From assembly GCA_902385655.1 (NCBI GenBank), contig CABMGO010000005.1, positions 248,693 through 312,692 of the forward strand: a DNA stretch of 64,000 nt. The letters run 5' to 3'. Below the pieces are notes generated by a model that had not been told where the DNA came from, searched no databases, and was given only the letters and a program-made list of their open reading frames with translations. Position numbers and translations under genes: made by a program. The stretch's first letter is position 1. The number at the start of each line of letters is the position of its first letter. Shown here piece after piece: positions 1 through 8,223 of the stretch. This DNA comes from an uncultured archaeon (GTDB taxonomy: Archaea > Nanobdellota > Nanobdellia > Pacearchaeales > GW2011-AR1).

Positions 1-107
1 ATCCCGAATTTTAGATTCTTCAATGCAGTTGAGAGATAAATGTTTTTGTGAAAGAAATTTTCCCTTAACAAATGAAGCGGAAAATTGCCATTTTTTATAA
101 ATTCAAA

Positions 108-1076
108 TTAACTTTTCTTGGCGTTTATCTCAAATACAATATTATAATTTTTATCTCCAACACTAACTAGGTTCAAATTCGCTTGATCGCTAAAAGAAGA
201 AGAGTAATCTGAGCTAAGAACACCTTCAGGATAAATTGTAAGGCCGTAGAGAGTACCCGCACCATTATCAAATTTAATCTGCCAAATTTTACCCTCAGAA
301 TTTGCAACCTTAACAAAATCCAAAGAAGAAATGTAAGTTATAACTGCCTGCTTATTTTGGTCAGAACTAGAAGTTAAATAATTCTTGATTAATTCTTGAA
401 ATTTAGCATCATTGTTTAAAGCATAAATAGAACTTGTATATTTTGTATTTCCAATATCGGACGAAACAGGAGGGAGATTTGAATCAGAAGTTGAATCGGA
501 AACATGCGCTATAGCCAAGTTACCTTGGAGGTCTTTAGTAATCTTAATTTCATAAGGAACGACATCAATATAAGAACAACCTGCCTGATCTGCTCCCGAC
601 CCCAATTCAGGATAACATAAATTAGCAACAGTTATTTTTGGTTCAAGACAAACTCCGCGAGAATTACATAAATTTTTTTGAACACTATCTGTAACTCCCA
701 AAGCCTTATTTTTTAATGTCTCCCAAGGATGAAGAACATCTGTGCCGATATACCTAGGACAAAAACAAAGTTGAGTTCTATTTGGATAATTCATAAAAGC
801 CCATCTTCTTGGACCTTCAACCAAATAAAATTTTGTGTCTCCCCTATTCATACCGTCCATAATACCCTTAATCTCTCCAATTGATGCCTTTGCCTGCTCG
901 TATTCTGTATTTTGCATAAAAATAGAAACAATCTTAACAACTAATAAAACCAAAACAAAAATAACAACGACAGAAAGTATAACTTTCAAAGTCTCCTCAG
1001 TCATCCAATTTTGTCCTCTTTTTCCGCAGGAAAAATGGAAATCTTCAGATTTACTTTTTCCCAATCTTCGCATCAT
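108..1076 (-). CDS. membrane-anchored/exported hypothetical protein with pilin-like N-terminus (…KRGQNWMTEETLKVILSVVVIFVLVLLVV)
   Basis: ORF track; KRGQ motif followed by hydrophobic helix; start likely internal M (MTEETLK). Confidence 0.7.
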   Translation of the reverse strand: MMRRLGKSKSEDFHFSCGKRGQNWMTEETLKVILSVVVIFVLVLLVVKIVSIFMQNTEYEQAKASIGEIKGIMDGMNRGDTKFYLVEGPRRWAFMNYPNRTQLCFCPRYIGTDVLHPWETLKNKALGVTDSVQKNLCNSRGVCLEPKITVANLCYPELGSGADQAGCSYIDVVPYEIKITKDLQGNLAIAHVSDSTSDSNLPPVSSDIGNTKYTSSIYALNNDAKFQELIKNYLTSSSDQNKQAVITYISSLDFVKVANSEGKIWQIKFDNGAGTLYGLTIYPEGVLSSDYSSSFSDQANLNLVSVGDKNYNIVFEINAKKS

Positions 1077-1136
1077 AAAATAATTATAGAAAAACAGAAT
1101 ATAAATCTTTTTATACCTCGAAACTAAAAGAGGTAA

Positions 1137-2516
1137 ATGAGAAAAACGCTTGCAGCAATTCTAACGGGAATTTCTTTAGCATTTGGAAATATGACTAGAG
1201 CCGATGATTTACCGACAGAAATTAATGTTAAAAATGGAAGATATTACACGACCGAACAAGTCATAATAGAAAGAAAGGATGACGCATTAAGAAAAGTAAT
1301 TGACAGAACCCAACAATCAGTTTACCTTAGAGGAATACAAAGTGACTGTCTAGTGTACATCTCATATTCAACACACCCTGTCGAACAAAATGCAACTCGA
1401 CCAAAACAAGGATTTTCAAGCAAGAGTAGAATATTCATAGGAGTACCCGAGGGAGTGAAAGTACAAGTACTTGAACAAAGAGCAGAAACTATTGGAAACT
1501 TTGACAAAGTAACTATGCAAGACTTAAGACCACTAGATGAAACAAAATGCGCCCAAACATTTTTGAAAATGGGAAATAATGGCCTAGATAAGTTAAGAGC
1601 ATATGACCCTATACAAAAAGCAACCGAGTCGTTAAATGACAGTATATTTCTTCTTACAGGAACCGATTTAAATTTAGAGGACAAAATTTCAATTTATGGA
1701 GGACTAAAAGCATTTTCAGATACTGTGGACAAAAAAGAAAAAGAAAGAGGAAAGTCAACTTTCAAGGGAGAACTTGAAATGCAAGAAATAGTATTATGGC
1801 CAAGAGATGCCGTATTTTCCCAGCCATCTGAAACACTGAGAGAAATAAATTTCAGAATAAATCCGGGAACATATTCCGGAGAAAAAATACCATTCACAGT
1901 TTATCAAAAACTAGTTTTAGGAAGAGAACCAACAGAAGGAATTGGAAAACTTGAAGCATTTTTTACAGGAGAAGTTGAAAATAAAAACGCGAAGACTCAG
2001 AATGGTAATAATGCTCCAAGTCAATTAGGAATTATAGAAGCACTTTCTGCCTTGCAAGGTTATTGGAAATATTCAGAAAGCCCGGGAGACATTAAACAAT
2101 ATTTAACCGTAACTGTTCAAGACAAGAATACAATAAACATACAAAACAAAGCAATAGGTCCATTCACTCGAGGAACAGCACAAGAAACAGTTTACATACT
2201 TTCATATGACTCTGAAAAGAAATTGTTCACAGTCGAAAAAAAAGGAATTTATCCAGAATTAGACGAAAGACAACAAGGAAAAATAGGTCCGATGGGCCTG
2301 AGAAGACTAACTGATCAAGAAAATAGAGAAATAAATACTAAAATAAATGACTTCCTTAACTGGTCAAGAAATTTTCCATTCGGAGACTTTGAAGGACCTC
2401 TAAATGGAGGGAATGCTTATACAATAAGAAAAAAACAAGAATGGGATCAGTATATGCAGTCACACCCGAATCTTTGGTGGGACGAAGAAACAAAACCCTA
2501 CAGAGAGAAAAAATAA
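1137..2516 (+). CDS. exported hypothetical protein
   Basis: Long ORF with N-terminal signal-like segment MRKTLAAILTGISLAFGNMTRA. Confidence 0.75.
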   Translation: MRKTLAAILTGISLAFGNMTRADDLPTEINVKNGRYYTTEQVIIERKDDALRKVIDRTQQSVYLRGIQSDCLVYISYSTHPVEQNATRPKQGFSSKSRIFIGVPEGVKVQVLEQRAETIGNFDKVTMQDLRPLDETKCAQTFLKMGNNGLDKLRAYDPIQKATESLNDSIFLLTGTDLNLEDKISIYGGLKAFSDTVDKKEKERGKSTFKGELEMQEIVLWPRDAVFSQPSETLREINFRINPGTYSGEKIPFTVYQKLVLGREPTEGIGKLEAFFTGEVENKNAKTQNGNNAPSQLGIIEALSALQGYWKYSESPGDIKQYLTVTVQDKNTINIQNKAIGPFTRGTAQETVYILSYDSEKKLFTVEKKGIYPELDERQQGKIGPMGLRRLTDQENREINTKINDFLNWSRNFPFGDFEGPLNGGNAYTIRKKQEWDQYMQSHPNLWWDEETKPYREKK

Positions 2517-2518
2517 AA

Positions 2519-3883
2519 TTAAACAACAGTTAATTGAGAGTCAGCAACTTTTTCTGCAAGAACATTCCCAGAAGAATCATAAATGACAAACTTAAGAGAA
2601 TAAGTCCCGGCAGAACCCATTTTAGAATAACTCTCAAAACCAGAATGAGGGAATAAAAGATTATTTGAAGTTCTATCAATATTTTCCAAAGCATACTTTC
2701 CTGAAGAACTTCCGCCATTTTGATTAGTAAGCGTCACTTCTATTTTAACCGCCCGAGAGCAAGTTCCAGAATTCCTAAAATGAATGGAAGCGAAATAAGA
2801 TTCTCCAACTTTTAAGCTAGTAGAAGAAAAGCCAATATTTTCAATATCACAATTATCAGTGTTAATTATGGCTGCAGCCTTGCTAGGAATATTACATGTT
2901 GAAGAAGTATAATCTCCATTCGATAAATAAAGAGTAGTAGTACCGATCTGCATCCATTTAAAATTAGGATTCTTCGATTGGCAAGCGACCATTTTTTCAT
3001 GAACATCTAAGGAAGGAACATTATTCCCAAAGAAATAATATCCAACATATTTCGAGGGAATTCCATTATAAATATTCCGAGCAATATTTTCAGAAAGAGA
3101 ATAATCATTATTAGTCTTGTAACCTTGAAACTGATTAGGAGAAGAAATTATCTCTAATAATGTCAAACCACCAAATGCCTTTGCATCTTGATTACTTCTT
3201 GCATAAAGAACCCTATTTTGAGCAACCGCACCAACAGCCCCCATAGCCTCTTCTCCCTGATTACCTTCCTCTCCTTGCATCATTTGAGCAAGAGCAACAA
3301 TTTCTTCTTCATTAGTATTTTTTATCAGAGGTTTACAAAAATAAGCATGTCCTTCAAAACTGGCGCCATCGAGAGAAGAAAGATACGAAACCATAGTCTG
3401 AGGTCCAAGAGAAGTCAATTCATTAAAAAGACTATTTGACTTATCGAGATATCGAGGATCTATTTTAACAATATCATTGCTTACGGTACCAAAAACAGTG
3501 TCTCTGAATTTAAGACGCCACCAAGTTTTCCAATTGGCATCATCAACAACGATATCTGCAGTCCCATCCGTATTTTTTCTATAAAACAAAGGAGTAGCAG
3601 TTTCTCCTTTTGATCCCATATTTATTGGCCCTTCTTGCATATTTCCCGAACGAAAAACAAAACCAACAATCTCACCACCATTCTTACATGAAGCTGTTGC
3701 AATATCTGTACCATTGATTATCTCATCACCTATCTGACCCCCAGCATTTAAATCTGGAATTATTTTATATAAAAAATTAGGATTATAAGAAATAAAAATA
3801 CCTGCAACCACCAAAATAAGAATCACTCCGACAATCATAAGAGTAGTTGTATCTACGACTATTTGTGCAGATTTATTTTTCAT
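2519..3883 (-). CDS. membrane-anchored protein with SleB-like cell-wall-hydrolase domain
   Basis: Start at internal M (MKNKSAQIVVDTTTLMIVGVILILVV) rather than TTG at 3964; motif EEEIVALAQMMQGEEGNQGEEAMGAVGAVAQNRVLYAR…PNQFQGY resembles Hydrolase_2/SleB. Confidence 0.7.
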   Translation of the reverse strand: MKNKSAQIVVDTTTLMIVGVILILVVAGIFISYNPNFLYKIIPDLNAGGQIGDEIINGTDIATASCKNGGEIVGFVFRSGNMQEGPINMGSKGETATPLFYRKNTDGTADIVVDDANWKTWWRLKFRDTVFGTVSNDIVKIDPRYLDKSNSLFNELTSLGPQTMVSYLSSLDGASFEGHAYFCKPLIKNTNEEEIVALAQMMQGEEGNQGEEAMGAVGAVAQNRVLYARSNQDAKAFGGLTLLEIISSPNQFQGYKTNNDYSLSENIARNIYNGIPSKYVGYYFFGNNVPSLDVHEKMVACQSKNPNFKWMQIGTTTLYLSNGDYTSSTCNIPSKAAAIINTDNCDIENIGFSSTSLKVGESYFASIHFRNSGTCSRAVKIEVTLTNQNGGSSSGKYALENIDRTSNNLLFPHSGFESYSKMGSAGTYSLKFVIYDSSGNVLAEKVADSQLTVV

Positions 3884-4014
3884 TTTGCGAAACCGTTTCC
3901 CTTCGCAAGTTTCGTCGAAGAAGAATGAAGTGACTTGCTCACTACTTTGTGAGTAATCGAGCAAACGCTATTGTTCTTGACAACTGCGAAGGTAATGAGT
4001 TTAGTGTTTGTCAT
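3880..4014 (-). CDS. small ORF (44 aa) MTNTKLITFAVVKNNSVCSITHKVVSKSLHSSSTKLAKGNGFAK, ATGA overlap with the next gene
   Basis: Translated by eye; stop TGA overlaps ATG at 3883; paralogous to ORF 4011-4109 and ORF 9019-9183. Confidence 0.4.
   Translation of the reverse strand: MTNTKLITFAVVKNNSVCSITHKVVSKSLHSSSTKLAKGNGFAK
3881..3973 (-). repeat. R6 copy at start codon of SleB-like gene
   Basis: tttcgtcgaagaagaatgaagtgacttgctcactactttgtgagtaatcga. Confidence 0.8.
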
Positions 4015-4109
4015 TTTGCGAATCTGCCTCCTTTGCAAGTTAACGAGCTTGTCGAGTTAACGCTATCTAATTTGACAACTGCGAAGGTAATGAGTTTAGT
4101 GTTTGTCAT
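4011..4109 (-). CDS. small ORF (32 aa) MTNTKLITFAVVKLDSVNSTSSLTCKGGRFAK, overlaps neighbours as TAATG/ATGA
   Basis: Translated by eye; shares 39-bp exact repeat with ORF 3880-4014. Confidence 0.4.
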   Translation of the reverse strand: MTNTKLITFAVVKLDSVNSTSSLTCKGGRFAK

Positions 4110-4270
4110 TAGCCGCCGTAATGGAACAAATTTTTTAGATAATCAACAGCAGAATATCCTTTTCCTTTCAAAATAAGAATTCCAGTTATAATGATAAAAC
4201 CGACCATAAGTGCAATAGCCAACCAAACAATAAACTCAATTTCAACAGCACCCTTTTTGAATTTTTTCAT
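4109..4270 (-). CDS. 53-aa pilin-like/class III signal-type small membrane protein MKKFKKGAVEIEFIVWLAIALMVGFIIITGILILKGKGYSAVDYLKNLFHYGG
   Basis: Translated by eye; K-rich head, E at +5 region, hydrophobic helix; stop overlaps next ATG (TAATG). Confidence 0.6.
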   Translation of the reverse strand: MKKFKKGAVEIEFIVWLAIALMVGFIIITGILILKGKGYSAVDYLKNLFHYGG

Positions 4271-4305
4271 AAAAAAAAGAAGCAAATAGTATTAATAAAG
4301 ATTTG

Positions 4306-4423
4306 TTCCGCAGGGGACAACTCTGGAGAATGGATTTTCATGCAGGACCAGAGTAAGTTCCGCAGGGGAGGACACCTGATCTTGGAGAGCGTAGAACTAA
4401 AACTTGCAGGACAGGTGTGAATT
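4306..4423. repeat. R2 tandem pair of TTCCGCAGGGG-led hairpin units
   Basis: ACTCTGG…CCAGAGT and CACCTG…CAGGTG around conserved tggaga…tgcagga. Confidence 0.75.
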
Positions 4424-4463
4424 TAGTAGGTAACTTTATATAATAATGAAGCTAATTTAGACT

Positions 4464-4991
4464 ATGAGAAATGTTATCCAAGCCACATTAGTGTCTGAAA
4501 AAATTTCTTCCAATTCAAAAGAGGCATTTGAACTTTTTGAAGCTCAAAGATTCGGAGAAAAAACAGGAGAAAAAATATTTTATACATTGCAAGAAACATT
4601 GTATCTAGTCCACGCCAAAAAAATGGAAGTTTTAGACTCTAAAGACAAACAAATAGTTGAAAGAGAATTATTAAAGAAATTTGAAAAACTAGATAAGAAA
4701 TTCAAAGTAAAATATTTTGCTTTCAAAGACTTAAGAGACAAAGGATATGTTGTAAAAACCGCACTAAAGTTTGGTGCTGAATTTAGAGTTTATGAACCTG
4801 GAAAAAATATTGGCGAAGAACATGCAAAATGGATCTTGTTCCCTGTCTCAGAAAATCAACAACTAACCTGGCAAGATTTCTCTGCAAAAAATAGAATCGC
4901 ACATTCAACAAAAAAGAATTTACTTATCGGAATTGTTGACGAAGAAAATCAGGTTTCATATTATGAAGTAAATTGGCTTAACATAAAATAA
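4464..4991 (+). CDS. endA: tRNA-splicing endonuclease
   Basis: YFAFKDLRDKGYVVKTALKFGAEFRVYEPG…RIAHSTKKNLLIGIVD…YYEVNWL motif of archaeal EndA. Confidence 0.9.
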   Translation: MRNVIQATLVSEKISSNSKEAFELFEAQRFGEKTGEKIFYTLQETLYLVHAKKMEVLDSKDKQIVERELLKKFEKLDKKFKVKYFAFKDLRDKGYVVKTALKFGAEFRVYEPGKNIGEEHAKWILFPVSENQQLTWQDFSAKNRIAHSTKKNLLIGIVDEENQVSYYEVNWLNIK

Positions 4992-4992
4992 G

Positions 4993-6015
4993 ATGACAAA
5001 AATAGATGTATCTGAAGTAAAGAAGAAAATTTTACAAATACTAGAAAATGATGGACCTAGTGTGCCAACTCCCGTAGCAAAAAAAATAGGAATGCAACCC
5101 ATGTTTGCCTCAGCAATTCTTTCTGAATTATTGAATGAAAAAAGAATCAAAACAAGCTCATTAAAAGTTGGCTCCTCCCCATTATATTTTATTCCGGGCC
5201 AAGAACAAAGACTAGAAAGTTTTACTGAAAATTTAACAGGTGTTGAAAAAGAAGCATATTTAATTTTAAGAGATAACAAATTTTTAGAAGATACGCACCA
5301 AGAACCAAAAATAAGAGTTGCATTAAGAGGGCTGAAAGACTTTGCAATACCCATTCAACATAATGGAAAACTTTTCTGGAAATATTTCACAATTCCGAAT
5401 GAGAAAATAAGAAATGCTTTACTTGACGAAGGCGAAGTTGCCATAGGTGAAAGAGTTATGGGACAAAAAATATTACAAGATATAAAACCTGAGAATATAA
5501 AATCAAAAGAAGAGCAATTCGAAGAAGCAATGTTAAAATCAGAAAAAAAGCCGGAGGCTCAGCAGAGTCATCCCTTGGGGAAAGTAAAATCAGAGCCAAC
5601 GGCAGAAACAATCGTAAGTAATCCTGAAAGAATAACTGCTAAACTTGAAGAAAAAACAGAAACTCCTATCCTCGAAAAAATAAAACCTGGAAAAATAAAG
5701 AAGCTAACAGAAAAAGATTTATTCTTAGAAAATGTGAAAAGAATTTTATATGGAAAGAATATTGAAATTTTAGAAACAGTAAGCTATGATAAAAAGCAAG
5801 TAATTGCAAAAGCAAGAGTTAATGTGGATCAAACTTGTCTGTTATTCTTCTTTGATAAAAATAAACCAGAAGAAAAAGACTTAGTCAAAGCATACAAAAA
5901 AGCAAAGGAGTACAAGTTACCCTATTATATCATAACAAATTCGGAAGCTCCAAAAAAAATCCAAGAAAACATCGAAGTTTACAAACATCTTTTAGGTATT
6001 GATTCTGTTGAATAG
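4993..6015 (+). CDS. HTH-containing conserved hypothetical protein; carries R1 insert EAQQSHPLGK
   Basis: ORF; winged-helix-like N-terminus; R1 repeat in disordered linker. Confidence 0.75.
   Translation: MTKIDVSEVKKKILQILENDGPSVPTPVAKKIGMQPMFASAILSELLNEKRIKTSSLKVGSSPLYFIPGQEQRLESFTENLTGVEKEAYLILRDNKFLEDTHQEPKIRVALRGLKDFAIPIQHNGKLFWKYFTIPNEKIRNALLDEGEVAIGERVMGQKILQDIKPENIKSKEEQFEEAMLKSEKKPEAQQSHPLGKVKSEPTAETIVSNPERITAKLEEKTETPILEKIKPGKIKKLTEKDLFLENVKRILYGKNIEILETVSYDKKQVIAKARVNVDQTCLLFFFDKNKPEEKDLVKAYKKAKEYKLPYYIITNSEAPKKIQENIEVYKHLLGIDSVE
5554..5583 (+). repeat. R1 copy, in frame (EAQQSHPLGK)
   Basis: gaggctcagcagagtcatcccttggggaaa. Confidence 0.85.
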
Positions 6016-6046
6016 AAAGGTCTTCAAAGGTATTAAAAAATAAACT

Positions 6047-6143
6047 AGAAAATTTTTATATTAATTATAACGGATAACTTTAGAAAATAGGGGTGGGCTT
6101 TTCTGCGTAGCAGAAAAATTGGGGAGATTATACAAAAATTTTC
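6047..6143. repeat. R3 copy (GGATAACTTTAG…AGGGGTGGG-hairpin-TTGGGGAGATTA)
   Basis: Comparison among four copies. Confidence 0.8.
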
Positions 6144-6196
6144 ATTCAAAATTTCCTAACAAAAACCTTTTTAAAGCATCAAAATAGCATACTTAC

Positions 6197-6394
6197 ATGG
6201 GACGAATCAAAACAAAACCAATCAAGAGAGCATCAAGACAACTAGTTGAGAAATCAACTGATTTATTTACAGAAAGTTTTGACCAAAACAAAAAAGCTCT
6301 TGGAAATACAATGCCTAGTAAGAAAGTTAGAAACATGATTGCAGGATATATTGCAAGACTTAAGAAACAGAATAGAAAGTTAATCAAAGAATAA
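6197..6394 (+). CDS. rps17e: ribosomal protein S17e
   Basis: MGRIKTKPIKRASRQLVEKS…NTMPSKKVRNMIAGYIARL. Confidence 0.85.
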   Translation: MGRIKTKPIKRASRQLVEKSTDLFTESFDQNKKALGNTMPSKKVRNMIAGYIARLKKQNRKLIKE

Positions 6395-6513
6395 TTCTAG
6401 AAAATTAATTGATTTTAAATATATATTTTAAAAAGTATATGTTACACTATATAATAAAATAAGTTAATCATATTCGACGAAACATTTATATAATAGCATT
6501 TCCTAAAATAACA

Positions 6514-6597
6514 ATGGTTGCAAATAACTGGAACGCGCATATGAATGTCTGCTCCAAGTTAGTCGGCACCAGATCAATTCTAGAGGTTTTTTACTGA
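6514..6597 (+). CDS. possible 27-aa leader ORF MVANNWNAHMNVCSKLVGTRSILEVFY
   Basis: TATA-like tttatataat ~20 nt upstream; overlaps candidate structured RNA. Confidence 0.2.
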   Translation: MVANNWNAHMNVCSKLVGTRSILEVFY

Positions 6598-6692
6598 TTT
6601 CTGTCAGGGCCTTTAGATAATATTTCTCAAAACGATTTTACGGAAAACATCTGAAGGCCCTGGTGGCAACAATATTAGATTTCTAGAACAAT
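6566..6692 (+). ncRNA. candidate structured RNA/leader with 14-bp stem
   Basis: CAGGGCCTTTAGAT (6605-6618) pairs with ATCTGAAGGCCCTG (6649-6662); additional CACCAG/CTGGTG complementarity; promoter-like TATA at ~6487. Confidence 0.5.
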
Positions 6693-6711
6693 TAAACACA
6701 AGGAGGAAACA

Positions 6712-6876
6712 ATGGAACAAAGAACGCAGTACTGGATAACAGAAGACGGAATTAGAGAGATTCATTGCGATCCTTCACAAGAGATGCAATATCGCTTTGA
6801 AGGTAGCAACACAGACGCTTCAAAGGTCGTCAAAGAGTCAGGACTAGAAGAGACGGCGTCGGATAATCTTAAATAA
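6712..6876 (+). CDS. 54-aa ORF MEQRTQYWITEDGIREIHCDPSQEMQYRFEGSNTDASKVVKESGLEETASDNLK
   Basis: AGGAGG SD-like sequence just upstream; translated by eye. Confidence 0.5.
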   Translation: MEQRTQYWITEDGIREIHCDPSQEMQYRFEGSNTDASKVVKESGLEETASDNLK

Positions 6877-6885
6877 AAGCAAGGA

Positions 6886-6954
6886 GGGCGAACAATTCAC
6901 TTTGAACAAACTAGCAATAATTAAATAAACTATTGTGAAATGTAAATTGTGAGG
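6886..6954. repeat. R5 copy, not tRNA-associated
   Basis: GGCGAACAATTCACTTTGAAC…GTGAAATGTAAATTGTGAGG. Confidence 0.8.
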
Positions 6955-6961
6955 TAGAAAA

Positions 6962-7105
6962 ATGAGAAGACAAACAGTCAAAATAGAAAGATTCGTAGAT
7001 GAATCTTCCGTGGAGGCCTACCAAGGTCATCCCTCGGGGAAAGAAGATATGAATTTTTCGCTAGAAGAGTCTAATTATCTAAAATTAATCAAGTGCTCTA
7101 ATTAG
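6962..7105 (+). CDS. 47-aa ORF carrying R1 peptide (…SSVEAYQGHPSGKEDMNFS…)
   Basis: Translated by eye; R1 in same frame as in other proteins. Confidence 0.45.
   Translation: MRRQTVKIERFVDESSVEAYQGHPSGKEDMNFSLEESNYLKLIKCSN
7013..7042 (+). repeat. R1 copy, in frame (EAYQGHPSGK)
   Basis: gaggcctaccaaggtcatccctcggggaaa. Confidence 0.85.
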
Positions 7106-7145
7106 TTAAAGAACTAGAATATTAAATTTTTATTTATTTTTTTCC

Positions 7146-7270
7146 TTCCGCAGGGAAGGACACATGAAAATGGAGAGCGTAGAAAGAGAACATACAGGGC
7201 GGGTGCAACTCATGCAGATGAGGACTCTGGAGAATGGAGCATGTAGAGCTAAAACATGCAGGACCAGAAT
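7146..7270. repeat. R2 tandem pair
   Basis: CACATG…GCGGGTG and ACTCTGG…CCAGA around tggagagcgtagaa…acatgcagga. Confidence 0.7.
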
Positions 7271-7509
7271 TATTTTTTCTTAAGTTTCCCAAGTTTTTGA
7301 GAAGCAATTAGAAGGTCGAGTTTTTCCTCGATTCTTTTAATTCGTCTAGCATTCTTAATGTTAATTATTCCTCGAGTAATAAGAATGACAAGATAAGCTA
7401 TTGCAGCAATACCAACAATACGGAAAATGTCTACCAGAGGAGAGAGCTTATCTGCAATCAAAGGGTAAATGCTCGTAGAAATTTCTTTTAAAGATTCGTT
7501 TATCACCAT
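7270..7509 (-). CDS. small membrane protein
   Basis: ORF 79 aa with one TM helix and basic tail. Confidence 0.55.
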   Translation of the reverse strand: MVINESLKEISTSIYPLIADKLSPLVDIFRIVGIAAIAYLVILITRGIINIKNARRIKRIEEKLDLLIASQKLGKLKKK

Positions 7510-7544
7510 AACTAGATAAAAAAAAGGAGATTTATAAACTATTA

Positions 7545-7650
7545 TGGCTCGAGGGAGAATTGAACTCCCGACCCCTGCCTTTCTCCGAAGAGAATGAACG
7601 AATTCATTCGTACTTATGAGAGCAATGCTATACCACTGAGCTACCGAGCC
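7545..7650 (-). tRNA. tRNA-Met(CAT) with intron after anticodon loop
   Basis: Acceptor GGCTCGG/TCGAGCC, loop CTCATAA, T-arm GGGAG TTCAATT CTCCC, ~34-nt intron. Confidence 0.8.
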
Positions 7651-7839
7651 TTCATTTTCATTTTATTTTTCTAACTCTTTTCCTCGAAAATGAAGGCGAG
7701 GGAAGAGATCGACTTATGAACACTAATTTAACCAATCGTCTTCTGTTCGGAAGGCAAGGCGAGGGCAGAGCCCAATTATTCAAAAATAGGTTGGTTTAAA
7801 AGTGTTTTGAAATAAGAACTCCTAGAAATTTATACAATT

Positions 7840-8223
7840 TTACTCAACAATCAAAGTTCCAGTTCCCATCCCCATCGAACAAGCAAAACGATAAGTTCCT
7901 TTTTGAGTTGGAGTGAACTCTACATAATCACTAGTTGTAGCAAGATATTTTGAAATACCTAGCTGTTGAATATTAAATGACCTATAACATCCACCAACAG
8001 AAGAGTCAAGATAAATCCTCACAGGTTGTCCAGCTTTAACAGTTATAGTATTAGGATAATAGTTATAATTCTTCATGCTCAAAACAACTTTCTGATAGTC
8101 TCCTGAAACAACATTTGAAGAAGAATTAGGAGTATAATTCTGAGAACCGAAATCAAAATATAAGAATCCTCCGACAAATAAAATTAAAACAACTATGCCC
8201 CCAATTAAATAAAGATTTTTCAT
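7840..8223 (-). CDS. cupredoxin-like membrane-anchored protein
   Basis: GGCYRSFNI…DYVEFTPTQKGTYRFACSMGMGTGTLIVE. Confidence 0.7.
   Translation of the reverse strand: MKNLYLIGGIVVLILFVGGFLYFDFGSQNYTPNSSSNVVSGDYQKVVLSMKNYNYYPNTITVKAGQPVRIYLDSSVGGCYRSFNIQQLGISKYLATTSDYVEFTPTQKGTYRFACSMGMGTGTLIVE

Noticed and set aside
3884-3964. N-terminal extension MLDYSQSSEQVTSFFFDETCEGKRFRK of the 2519..3964 ORF (and the similar MFDYSQSSEQVTSFFFDETCE at 8903..9106) as a shared signal or protein domain
   Set aside because: It is the R6 DNA repeat read from a TTG; the pilin-like N-terminus starts at the internal ATG. The same repeat is also open in another frame.
3977-4110. CRISPR-like direct repeats
   Set aside because: Only two 39-bp copies with coding content and a non-spacer-like intervening region; no cas genes in the window.
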